From Opitutia bacterium (GTDB lineage Bacteria; Verrucomicrobiota; Verrucomicrobiia; Opitutales; Opitutaceae), in NCBI GenBank assembly GCA_947478395.1, contig CANJVR010000009.1, forward strand, positions 27,232-91,231: DNA of 64,000 nucleotides, read 5' to 3'. Positions 28,584 to 36,999 of the stretch are shown one piece after another. Under the pieces are notes generated by a model. The model saw only the letters and a list, made by a program, of their open reading frames with translations. It was not told where the DNA came from and searched no databases. Each line of letters begins with the position of its first letter. The stretch's first letter is position 1. A program made the translations under genes and the position numbers.

Positions 28584-29764
28584 GCGTTTGTTCCTGAAAG
28601 ACCGTGGGCATTTACTAGAGTAATCTGAGCCTGAAGTTTCCTGAAGTTTGAGCTCAAATTAAGGGCGCATAGTGGATCAGGAAATTTCCAATTAACCGTT
28701 GGCGGCAGCAATCCATGGCGCAATCCAAGCGCGGAGCATGCTATTTGAATCGCACCGGCAGCGCCGAGAGGATTGCCGATTGCGCCCTTGATTGAGAAAA
28801 CAGGGGTTTCCTCCACTCGTTCTCCCAACAAACGTGTGATCGCGACTGCTTCGGAGGCGTCGACCAAGCGATGCCCAGGACCCCATGCATTTACGGAATC
28901 AACATCAGAGACCTTATACCCACCGTTTGCGACCGCGAAGCGCATTGCGTCCATCATCCCTTCTCCGGGCATCTCAATAGAGTCGGTCGCGAATGCGTAT
29001 CCATCAATAAATGCATAACCAGGGCGCGGACTGGAATCCGGTTCTAACACTAAAACACACGCCCCCTCGCCGATTACTCCAGTAGTTCGCCACAGGTCAA
29101 ATGGTCTGCATTGGCGTTCCGGCCAATCCGAATTACCGGGCGCCAACCCAGCCATCTTCATTTCCAGCATGGGGTGAAAGTACAACGGAGACTCCGTTCC
29201 GCCACAAATGGCTATATCCGTTCGGCCCTGAGCAACCATGTCGGCGCCATGGCCGATTGCATCAAGTCCCGAGCAACATGCACTTTGATACGCCATCGTA
29301 CGAGTGGTGCCGCCGACAAGCTCACTGATAGTCCCAGCAATCGAGCTAACTGACGCAGAAAAAACCGAAGTTGGAAAGCCAATCACGGGCCCTTTTTTAA
29401 CTATCATCTCAACTGTTTTGTTGATAGTCCCAAAATCCATTAGTGACGCCCCAACCAAAATAACAGCATTTGTATTTTTAAGATCTTTTAATCTAAACCC
29501 AGCGTCCTTAGCTGCGAGTATTGCCGCAGCCACGGCTAGTTGCGTATGACGAGGCATACGTTTGTCGTGAATATCGGACACATAGTCATCTAATTTGAAT
29601 GACTTGATTTCTGCACCGACGAATTGGCCCGCTTCTTCATAGAAACGGGTAATCGATCCGACGCGGCTGACAGGCTCTAAGATACCTTTCCAGAAATTTT
29701 CCCTTCCAATTCCTGCTGGGGTAACCGGCCCGATACCCGTGATCTTTACACGTCGTCGCTTCAT
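28562..29764 (-). CDS. FabF-fold beta-ketoacyl synthase-like protein with atypical active site
   Basis: RRVKITGIGPVTPAG, SACCSG, CRPFD, GEGACVLVLE, LPPTVN; NAWG and GNPLGAAG replace the canonical NAHG and GHLLGAAG. Confidence 0.88.
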   Translation of the reverse strand: MKRRRVKITGIGPVTPAGIGRENFWKGILEPVSRVGSITRFYEEAGQFVGAEIKSFKLDDYVSDIHDKRMPRHTQLAVAAAILAAKDAGFRLKDLKNTNAVILVGASLMDFGTINKTVEMIVKKGPVIGFPTSVFSASVSSIAGTISELVGGTTRTMAYQSACCSGLDAIGHGADMVAQGRTDIAICGGTESPLYFHPMLEMKMAGLAPGNSDWPERQCRPFDLWRTTGVIGEGACVLVLEPDSSPRPGYAFIDGYAFATDSIEMPGEGMMDAMRFAVANGGYKVSDVDSVNAWGPGHRLVDASEAVAITRLLGERVEETPVFSIKGAIGNPLGAAGAIQIACSALGLRHGLLPPTVNWKFPDPLCALNLSSNFRKLQAQITLVNAHGLSGTNACLVMSK

Positions 29765-29801
29765 CTAGAGCGAGCGGGGGGTGGGCGCATAACTCACGAT
29801 T

Positions 29802-30953
29802 TTAAGCGCCCGGCTCCCGGGCCACGGGGACCACGATCCGAATCGTCGTCCCTTTCCCGTGTGCGGACGTCAGCTCGAACGTTCCGCCATGCGCACCTAT
29901 TAGGTGCCGGCAGATGCTCAACCCCAACCCGGTTCCACCGGGTTTGCTGCTAAAACCTCCGCGCAATGCCCGCCTTACACGATCCGCGTCCATGCCAGAT
30001 CCGTTGTCCACGATCAGAACTTCAAAATTATTTTCCTGGCGGGAAAAAGTTACCGTTAGAGCTGTCGCGCCCGCTTCCAAAGCATTCTTAAACGTATTTT
30101 GGAAAATCCGCATCAGCTCGTATTTCGAGCCGCGCACAACGGCGTTGGGTAGGCCCTCGTTGCGTATGGCGGGATTCCCGAAAAACAAAACCTGCCTCAC
30201 ATCCTCGGCCACGCTCACCAAATCCACCGGCCCAAATTCTGCAAGTTTCCTAAAGGACGATCTCCAATTCTCCGAGAGATGATGACAGTACTCCGCCGCT
30301 TTTTCGACAATTTCCGCGTAGCCCGTGAGCTTGCTCGCGATCTCCACTTCGTGCGCCGCAATCCTCCGTGCCTCCTCGGCCAGCAACGTCGCATAGCCAA
30401 TCACGACCGTCAGCGGATTGTTCAAATCGTGCACGAGTTCGACCGATGCCCGCGCCTGCCAGATCTGCGGCTCGTTCCGCTCAATTTCTGACTTTAGCGC
30501 CACGTTCATCGCTTGCGCGTCCATCGCCAATTTCTCGTGAAGACGACGCATCCGCGTGGCCTCGACCTGCTGGCGGACCGCGTCGCGTAGTTCGGCTACG
30601 TCCGGCGGCTTGCGCAGGTATTGATTGGCTCCCGCCAGCATCGCCTGCTGGGCCGTCAGCAAAGTACCGTATCCGGTCAGCATGATCACCGAGACCTGCG
30701 AATCGATCTTACGCAGTTCCTCCAATGCGCGGATCCCATCCATCTCTGGCATGCGAATATCCATCACCACCGCGGCATAGGAACGCTGCTTCAGCTTGGC
30801 TAGCGCCTCGCTCGCCCGTTCCGCCGTATCAACCGCAAACTCCGTCGACAACGTGAACGCAATCGACTCACGCGGACCGTATTCGTCGTCGACCACTATA
30901 ACCAGAGGCCGATCTGCCGACACAGCGGGAGCGGTAGATTTTTGCATCAACAT
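29802..30953 (-). CDS. Hybrid response regulator-histidine kinase (REC, HisKA, HATPase)
   Basis: VVDDE, MDIRMPEMDG, LTGYG, KPP; VHDLNNPL, FKNALEA, DNGSGM, GTGLGL. Confidence 0.92.
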   Translation of the reverse strand: MLMQKSTAPAVSADRPLVIVVDDEYGPRESIAFTLSTEFAVDTAERASEALAKLKQRSYAAVVMDIRMPEMDGIRALEELRKIDSQVSVIMLTGYGTLLTAQQAMLAGANQYLRKPPDVAELRDAVRQQVEATRMRRLHEKLAMDAQAMNVALKSEIERNEPQIWQARASVELVHDLNNPLTVVIGYATLLAEEARRIAAHEVEIASKLTGYAEIVEKAAEYCHHLSENWRSSFRKLAEFGPVDLVSVAEDVRQVLFFGNPAIRNEGLPNAVVRGSKYELMRIFQNTFKNALEAGATALTVTFSRQENNFEVLIVDNGSGMDADRVRRALRGGFSSKPGGTGLGLSICRHLIGAHGGTFELTSAHGKGTTIRIVVPVAREPGA

Positions 30954-31095
30954 TCTAAAGAGGCGCCCAAAAGAAACACGCCGAGCGCGAGACGGAGTTG
31001 TACCATGGGTAACGCGGGTTTGCAGTCTGCGTCGCACTCTGTCAAGGAGTGCGTCCCTCCGGTCGCTACGCTGCCACGTCTTCATCTCTCACTCC

Positions 31096-32385
31096 GTGAA
31101 TCTCGCCCTCGTTGTTCTCCTCTCAGCCTCTTCATCCAGCCTGTTCATCTGGCTCGTATTGCGGACCTACTACGCACCCCGCTTTGAACGCCTGCGAGCG
31201 GCGGAGGAGAAGAATACCGGCTTGATTACAGAGTTGTCATCGCTGCGAAGCGCGCGTGACGAAATCGCCCTTCAGCTAACACGCGCCCAGAGCTATCTCG
31301 AGACCGAGCGAAGTGCTCATGAGCGCTTGGTCAGCGAATTCAAAGCGCTTTCGGCGGACGCGCTTCGCGCCAATCGCGCCGATTTTCTCGAGCAAGCCAC
31401 CCAAGCATTCGCCCATCTCCAAACCCAGTCTTTGGGCGACCTCGAAAAGCGACAGCAGTCCATCGATGCTCTCGTCAAGCCCCTGCGCGAATCCCTCGAA
31501 AAAGTTGACGGCAAAATCGCCGACATCGAGAAGGCGCGCGCCACCGCCTATGGTGCGCTCGGCGAACAATTGAAGCATCTCGGCGCGGCTCAACTTCAAC
31601 TCCAAGCGGAAGCCGGGAAACTTTCGACCGCGCTTCGCTCCACTTCGTTTGCTGGCAGTTGGGGCGAACTCCAACTTCGCCGCGTCGTAGAGATGGCGGA
31701 TATGCTTCCTTACTGTGATTTCACGGAGCAAGAAACCGCCGCGGCCGGCGGCTTCCGCGCCGATCTTGTGGTCCGACTCCCCGGCGGACAACGCATCGTG
31801 GTTGACGCCAAGGCCCCACTTGAGGCGTACCGCGCCGCGGTGGATGCGACCGACGCCGGACTTCGCGAAACCCGGCTTGCCGAACATGCCCAGAAAGTGC
31901 GTGGCCATATCGACGCGCTCGGCGCCAAGAATTACTGGGAGCAGTTCCAACCTGCTCCGGAATTCGTCGTTCTCTTCTTACCCGGCGATCACTTTCTCAC
32001 GGCCGCGCTCTCCGCCGATTCGACATTGATGGACCGAGCCCTCAGCCGCCGCGTCTTACTCGCAACACCCACCACTTTAATCGCCCTCCTTAAAGCAGCT
32101 CACTATGGTTGGCGCCAGGAAGCGGTCTCAAAGAATGCCGACGAAATCAGCGCCCTGGGCCGGCAGCTGTATGATCGCGTGGTAGGATTCGCGGAAAACC
32201 TCGAAAAAGTCGGGCGCGGCCTCGACGGCGCGGTTAAAGGTTTCAATCAAGCCGTCGGCTCTTTCGAAGGCACCCTACTACCCGGCGCTCGGAAATTTGC
32301 TGAACTCGGAGCAAAGGGCACAAAAGACCTTATGACACCAAGCGGACTCGAAATCACGCCGAGAGAAATCAATAAACGCAGCTAA
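31096..32385 (+). CDS. rmuC: DNA recombination protein RmuC
   Basis: N-terminal TM and coiled coil, GSWGELQLRRVVEMA, DLVVRLPGG..IVVDAKAP, PEFVVLFLPG, ATPTTLIALL. Confidence 0.93.
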   Translation: MNLALVVLLSASSSSLFIWLVLRTYYAPRFERLRAAEEKNTGLITELSSLRSARDEIALQLTRAQSYLETERSAHERLVSEFKALSADALRANRADFLEQATQAFAHLQTQSLGDLEKRQQSIDALVKPLRESLEKVDGKIADIEKARATAYGALGEQLKHLGAAQLQLQAEAGKLSTALRSTSFAGSWGELQLRRVVEMADMLPYCDFTEQETAAAGGFRADLVVRLPGGQRIVVDAKAPLEAYRAAVDATDAGLRETRLAEHAQKVRGHIDALGAKNYWEQFQPAPEFVVLFLPGDHFLTAALSADSTLMDRALSRRVLLATPTTLIALLKAAHYGWRQEAVSKNADEISALGRQLYDRVVGFAENLEKVGRGLDGAVKGFNQAVGSFEGTLLPGARKFAELGAKGTKDLMTPSGLEITPREINKRS

Positions 32386-32523
32386 CCCATCAACTGCTCC
32401 GTCCTTTTTTTACCTGCGTTTCTCTGCGTTCACCAAACCACGAAACATTTCGAACAGGATTTCGCGCAACGCAGGCCGCGAAAACCGCCGCTACAAACTC
32501 TTTAGAAATCGCGCCCGATCGAA

Positions 32524-32640
32524 TGCATTAACCATATTTCCATTTCCAATAAATTAAATAATTTCTAAAAACAAAACCCCACATATGCCAATACTATATT
32601 AAAAAATAAAATATAGATATATTTACAATAATAAATACCA
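32524..32640. promoter_or_regulatory. Very AT-rich intergenic tract upstream of the second sensor kinase operon
   Basis: 32581-32640 has 9/60 G+C by hand count; contains inverted repeat ctatatt-N9-aatatag. Confidence 0.5.
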
Positions 32641-32721
32641 ACTCCGCGTTCATTGCGAAGAGCGCCTATTAAGGGCCGATCACGCCGCCAGCTCCAACGC
32701 ACCAAGCAAAAGCACAAATCT

Positions 32722-34821
32722 ATGCCCATAATAATTATAGCCATCGCAATTTTCACCATAGCCCTGGGTGCTGTTGTCGCATGGGCAAACCCAGAGCGCT
32801 TGCTTAATCGCGCATTCTGTACCGCAGCCATCATCCAGGCCATCTGGCTCGGATGCGTCTATGCAATGATTCTAGCAGGCTCTCGAGGCAATTTAGACGA
32901 GGTCGCTTTTTGGTTGAGGCTAAATGCAGCATTCTCCGCATTTTTTCCTCTTACACTTTGGTTAACCAAGGAACTTGTCTCAGTACCCAAGGACCACAAA
33001 CGCCTGTTAATGAATTGTATCCCATGGATTCTCGCTGGCGTTCTATTAGCGTCGCTTGCGTACACACCTTCATTTGTTTTTCGAGGAACGAACCCTCAAC
33101 GCTATGAGCGTGGACCTGGCTACTATTTATACGAGCTACTGGCGCTAACCATCTATTGCATTCTAGTAACAGAAACGTTTCGAAAGATGCGAAGCCTAAG
33201 CGGCATGCGACGCATTGAAACTCAATTTCTCGCGATGAACCTAGTAATCGCCGGACTCATCGGAACACTTTTAACCGCAGTAGGCACTTATCTCGATAGC
33301 TCGGCATTAAAGAGACTGAGCATTGCCGCATTTTTCTGCGCTTACGCGGCCTCGGCTTGGGCCATAAGCACACATCGCATATTCGAATTCCGTCAAGTTT
33401 TCACGTCGATTTCGCAACGGATTAGCGTCATAATTATATCTGGTGTTGGTGTAGCCAGCGCAACTTGGTTTCTCGATATTTTCCTACCCCAATATATCGC
33501 TCTTTTCATCAGTACATTATTTTTCGGAGCTTTAGCTTTTTTATTGGATCGCAAGTCGCGCGAGTGGCTCGACCTAAATAGGATGCGTCACCTTGCGAGA
33601 TTTCGGCAGACTTTTATCGAGGTCGCGAAGCGCGAAGCGAGTCCGGACGAATTATGTCTGCGATTCTCAACGTTATTGAGCGCCGAACATGGAACACTCC
33701 ATGCCATGCTGCTGATCGATAAAGGTGTGGGAGTCCCTGAGTCGGCGCTAGAGATCTCCAAAAGCCGTCTTGGCTATTCCGCGCTCTGCCAGATGGGCTG
33801 GGCCACTCCTGAAAGTCTTGAGCGGCGACGGCCCGATCCAGCTTTGGCTGACTTGCAAGATTTCCTCTCTGAAAACAATCTCGGCGTGATTGTTACCAGT
33901 CCCCATGGCAGTGAAAGCCCCGCCTTGGTCGTTGCGTTAGGCAGGAAACCCAACGATTGGCCTTTCACTTACCCCGAGGTCCAGCGGCTTCAGAATATTG
34001 CCGAGCTGATGGATAGCATCCTCGCCCGCTCTCGCCTCGCCATGCAGGCCGCCATGCAGGTAAAACTGGAGCACATGGCGATGATGTCACGCGGCCTGGC
34101 CCACGATCTGAGCAATCTCATTACACCCATCTCGTCGTTTCTGATTTGCACCGATGGTAGATTCCCAGTCGGCACCACTGAAGCAGAGGTTCATTTCGCC
34201 GCGCGGCGCTCGATTCGGGTGATGGGCGAGTATGTCCGGGAGGCACTATTTTTTTCAGAGCGACTTTCTCCAAACTTCGAGCGCGTCGATCCTGGCGCGC
34301 TGTTTCGCGCGGTCCAAGACCTCACCACCGCCCAGGCCACCGAGCAAGGTGTCGTAATTTCGATCTCATCCGATTATCATGACACGTTCCAAGGCGACAC
34401 GATCCTCCTCCACCGCACGCTCGTCAATTTGGTGAATAATGCCCTCGACGCCTCAAAGACCGGTCAAGTTATTGAATTGTCCGCAACCGCTGGGCCCCTC
34501 GGCCGGGTCCTTATCAAAGTGAGCGATTGCGGCTCCGGCGTGCCGCCGGAAAACATTGCGCGGATTTTCGATCCTTATTTTACGACGAAACAGTTTGGCG
34601 CCGAAGTGCGCGGTTTTGGCCTGGGGCTGACTATCTGCCAAAAAATCGTGCATCTGCATCACGGGACCATTTCGGTAAGTAGCAGGCCGAACCGAGGCAC
34701 GACGTTCACCATCGACCTGCCCATTTCACCAGCCCCCAACGGTACTCGGATGACGCAAACCCGCGTTGCCCCCCAGCCGCGCGAGATCGCGATCGCAAGG
34801 CCTCAGCCCATCCTAACATGA
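32722..34821 (+). CDS. Multi-TM (7TM-type) sensor histidine kinase, paralog of 26580..28583
   Basis: Hydrophobic N-terminus, LAHDLSNL, VNLVNNALDA, DCGSGV, FDPYFTTK, GFGLGL; shares WANP, THRIF, WATPE and PFTYP motifs with the first kinase. Confidence 0.92.
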   Translation: MPIIIIAIAIFTIALGAVVAWANPERLLNRAFCTAAIIQAIWLGCVYAMILAGSRGNLDEVAFWLRLNAAFSAFFPLTLWLTKELVSVPKDHKRLLMNCIPWILAGVLLASLAYTPSFVFRGTNPQRYERGPGYYLYELLALTIYCILVTETFRKMRSLSGMRRIETQFLAMNLVIAGLIGTLLTAVGTYLDSSALKRLSIAAFFCAYAASAWAISTHRIFEFRQVFTSISQRISVIIISGVGVASATWFLDIFLPQYIALFISTLFFGALAFLLDRKSREWLDLNRMRHLARFRQTFIEVAKREASPDELCLRFSTLLSAEHGTLHAMLLIDKGVGVPESALEISKSRLGYSALCQMGWATPESLERRRPDPALADLQDFLSENNLGVIVTSPHGSESPALVVALGRKPNDWPFTYPEVQRLQNIAELMDSILARSRLAMQAAMQVKLEHMAMMSRGLAHDLSNLITPISSFLICTDGRFPVGTTEAEVHFAARRSIRVMGEYVREALFFSERLSPNFERVDPGALFRAVQDLTTAQATEQGVVISISSDYHDTFQGDTILLHRTLVNLVNNALDASKTGQVIELSATAGPLGRVLIKVSDCGSGVPPENIARIFDPYFTTKQFGAEVRGFGLGLTICQKIVHLHHGTISVSSRPNRGTTFTIDLPISPAPNGTRMTQTRVAPQPREIAIARPQPILT

Positions 34822-36038
34822 GCCGGCGGATCGATCACCTCTTTACCCCTCGTATCCTTGTGGTGGATGACGAGCAACAAATCCACGCCTCACTACGGCT
34901 ACGATTGGCCAAGGACCACGAGATCGTTTCCTGTCTTGATCCCGCCGCCGCCCTTAGCGTGGTCGCCGAATCCCAGTTCGATCTGTGCCTCGTCGACATC
35001 CATATGCCCGGAATGGATGGACTCACCTTCATCGAGGCCGCCCAAAAAAGCGATCCAGCGCTCGGCTTTGTGGTCCTCAGCGCGTTCGATTCAGCTGAAA
35101 ATCTCCGCCGTACCATCCCGCTTCAGGTTTTTGAATTCGTGACGAAACCGTTCCCGGAACGACATGAATTCGAGGCGCGCATCCCGGGCTGGGTCGACCG
35201 GACCCGCAAACAAAGGCAGGAGCAAAAACTCGCCCTAGACGCCGCCATCCTCAACCGCGAGCTCGAGTTCGCTCGTCAGGAACGCGAAATCGAGCTGGTT
35301 GCCTCGGAAACAGCCCGGGATGCGTTGCTCCAAACGACCAACCTGCTCACCACCGTCAACGCCCACCTCGACACAGCGGTGGCTCTCGTTGCCACAAAAG
35401 CCAAGGCTGACCTAGGTTCCGCCCCGCTGCTGCGGAATTTGGACGTGGCCCGAAAAACCGCCGACGCCGCGGTCACGGTGGCCGAAAAATTCTTCGGCTC
35501 TGCCTACGCCAACCGCGACTCTGCGCCAGCCTTCATCGATTCAGGCCTTCAGCATGCCATCCAGATTGCGCTGCGCATGAATATCGCCGGGATCGAAAGC
35601 AAAGCCGTGGATTTCTCCCCGGCCGATGGACGTTCGTTGGTGCGTGGGCTATCCGGCATCGATTTTCTCCTCATGATGATCCCGCTCGTTAGCCTCGCAT
35701 TGATGGTGACCGAGCCGAACACCACCGTCGGCCTGCGGGCGGAAACGATCGGGCGACTCGACGTTGTTTCAAAAGACTCCCGGTTTCGGAACTATCTTTG
35801 GATCAACCGTCGCAACGCGCTCAGCAGCCAGCCGGGTGTCATGATTTCGCTGGCCGCAACCGCGCCGGCATTCGCCCGTGCGGCGGCGGTAAGTTGGCTG
35901 AACGGGGACGATGGCCCGCTCGCCTCCAATACGCCGCGCGGGCTAGTTGCCGGCCTCCAAAAAAGCCGCGGCCTCCTAGGTCTGAGCATATCACCTCTTT
36001 GCGATCAGTTTCGAGTCTGTCTCGCTCTTCCCGGATAA
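34818..36038 (+). CDS. Response regulator with degenerate kinase-like C-terminal domain
   Basis: ILVVDDE, LVDIHMPGMDG, LSAFD, TKPF; coiled coil; no clear H, N or G boxes; ATGA overlap with the upstream kinase. Confidence 0.8.
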   Translation: MSRRIDHLFTPRILVVDDEQQIHASLRLRLAKDHEIVSCLDPAAALSVVAESQFDLCLVDIHMPGMDGLTFIEAAQKSDPALGFVVLSAFDSAENLRRTIPLQVFEFVTKPFPERHEFEARIPGWVDRTRKQRQEQKLALDAAILNRELEFARQEREIELVASETARDALLQTTNLLTTVNAHLDTAVALVATKAKADLGSAPLLRNLDVARKTADAAVTVAEKFFGSAYANRDSAPAFIDSGLQHAIQIALRMNIAGIESKAVDFSPADGRSLVRGLSGIDFLLMMIPLVSLALMVTEPNTTVGLRAETIGRLDVVSKDSRFRNYLWINRRNALSSQPGVMISLAATAPAFARAAAVSWLNGDDGPLASNTPRGLVAGLQKSRGLLGLSISPLCDQFRVCLALPG

Positions 36039-36065
36039 GCCGAAGCGAAACCCTCACTGATCATC

Positions 36066-36848
36066 GTGCTCACGATCATCTCCAGTGTCGCACGGGAACG
36101 CGCTGCCTTCGCCGCGTTAAGCGACGCCCGCCGATGGGGCTACTCGGAGTGCGACAGCATCCGCGCATTCAAGAGGCTGCTGCAACACACCCGACCTGGA
36201 ATTGTCTTAGTCCGACAGAAACTGAGCGATGGGTACTCGGATGACGTGATCGCGCTCTTGAAGGACAACGGGGCTTCCGCCACGAAAATCGTGGTCCTAC
36301 TTCCCGCCGGTTCACCGTCGGCGCTGGAGGCCCGCCAAATCGCGCTGGGCGCACATTGCGTGCAACGTGATCCCGTTCGCACTGACGTGCTGGTCGAATA
36401 TCTCAACCAATACCGCGTCCATTCGAAACACACCGCGAAAGCCTCTCCGGCGGCAGCGCCCACGTTCCCATTCGCCGGCGCCACCATTCATTTCGTCGAT
36501 CGAAAAATTGAATCAAAAGGAAAATCGGCGAGCCTGACCCCGCGCGAGCTCCAGCTCGCCGGGCTGCTTGGCGAATCCGCGGGGGCCGTGCTTTCATACG
36601 AAACTTTGTATAGCGAAATTCTCAGCCAGAAATTTCGGGGCGACACCAGCAACCTACGCGTGCTGCTCGGCAAGCTCGATGTTTCCGCGCGCCGCGCCGG
36701 CATCGCGCTCCGCAGCTGGGTCGAGGTGATTCCAAAACTGGGCTATCGGTATCGCGCCCCTTCATCCGATTTTCTATCCATTCGCCGCCCTCGTTGCCGT
36801 AACAGTGCTCTCGCGCGAGCTCCCGGAATTCTCCCCGCTAAATCCTAA
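36066..36848 (+). CDS. OmpR-type winged-helix regulator with atypical receiver
   Basis: LTPRELQL, NLRVLLGKL, EVIPKLGYRY; receiver lacks the acidic pocket (IISSVARE) and the phosphoacceptor Asp (VLVRQKLSDG). Confidence 0.8.
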   Translation: MLTIISSVARERAAFAALSDARRWGYSECDSIRAFKRLLQHTRPGIVLVRQKLSDGYSDDVIALLKDNGASATKIVVLLPAGSPSALEARQIALGAHCVQRDPVRTDVLVEYLNQYRVHSKHTAKASPAAAPTFPFAGATIHFVDRKIESKGKSASLTPRELQLAGLLGESAGAVLSYETLYSEILSQKFRGDTSNLRVLLGKLDVSARRAGIALRSWVEVIPKLGYRYRAPSSDFLSIRRPRCRNSALARAPGILPAKS

Positions 36849-36999
36849 AAACGCCGCTGGCACGGACGTTCCATCGATTTCGCTTTTCGTCGGCTGCACC
36901 TCGTGGGTGCCGAGATGGCGACGCGAGATGCGCCCGAAATCTTCGCCCCAGTTCTGCCCGCAGGAATCCAGCTAAAAATCAGCCGCCGCCCGGCCCGCA

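Noticed and set aside
28562..29764. Calling this gene fabF or part of a type II PKS
   Set aside because: Both catalytic His positions are substituted, and no acp, fabD, fabG or chain-length factor is nearby
27700..34000. Prophage or integrative element explaining the low GC
   Set aside because: No integrase, tRNA, att-like repeats or phage genes, and rmuC sits in the middle
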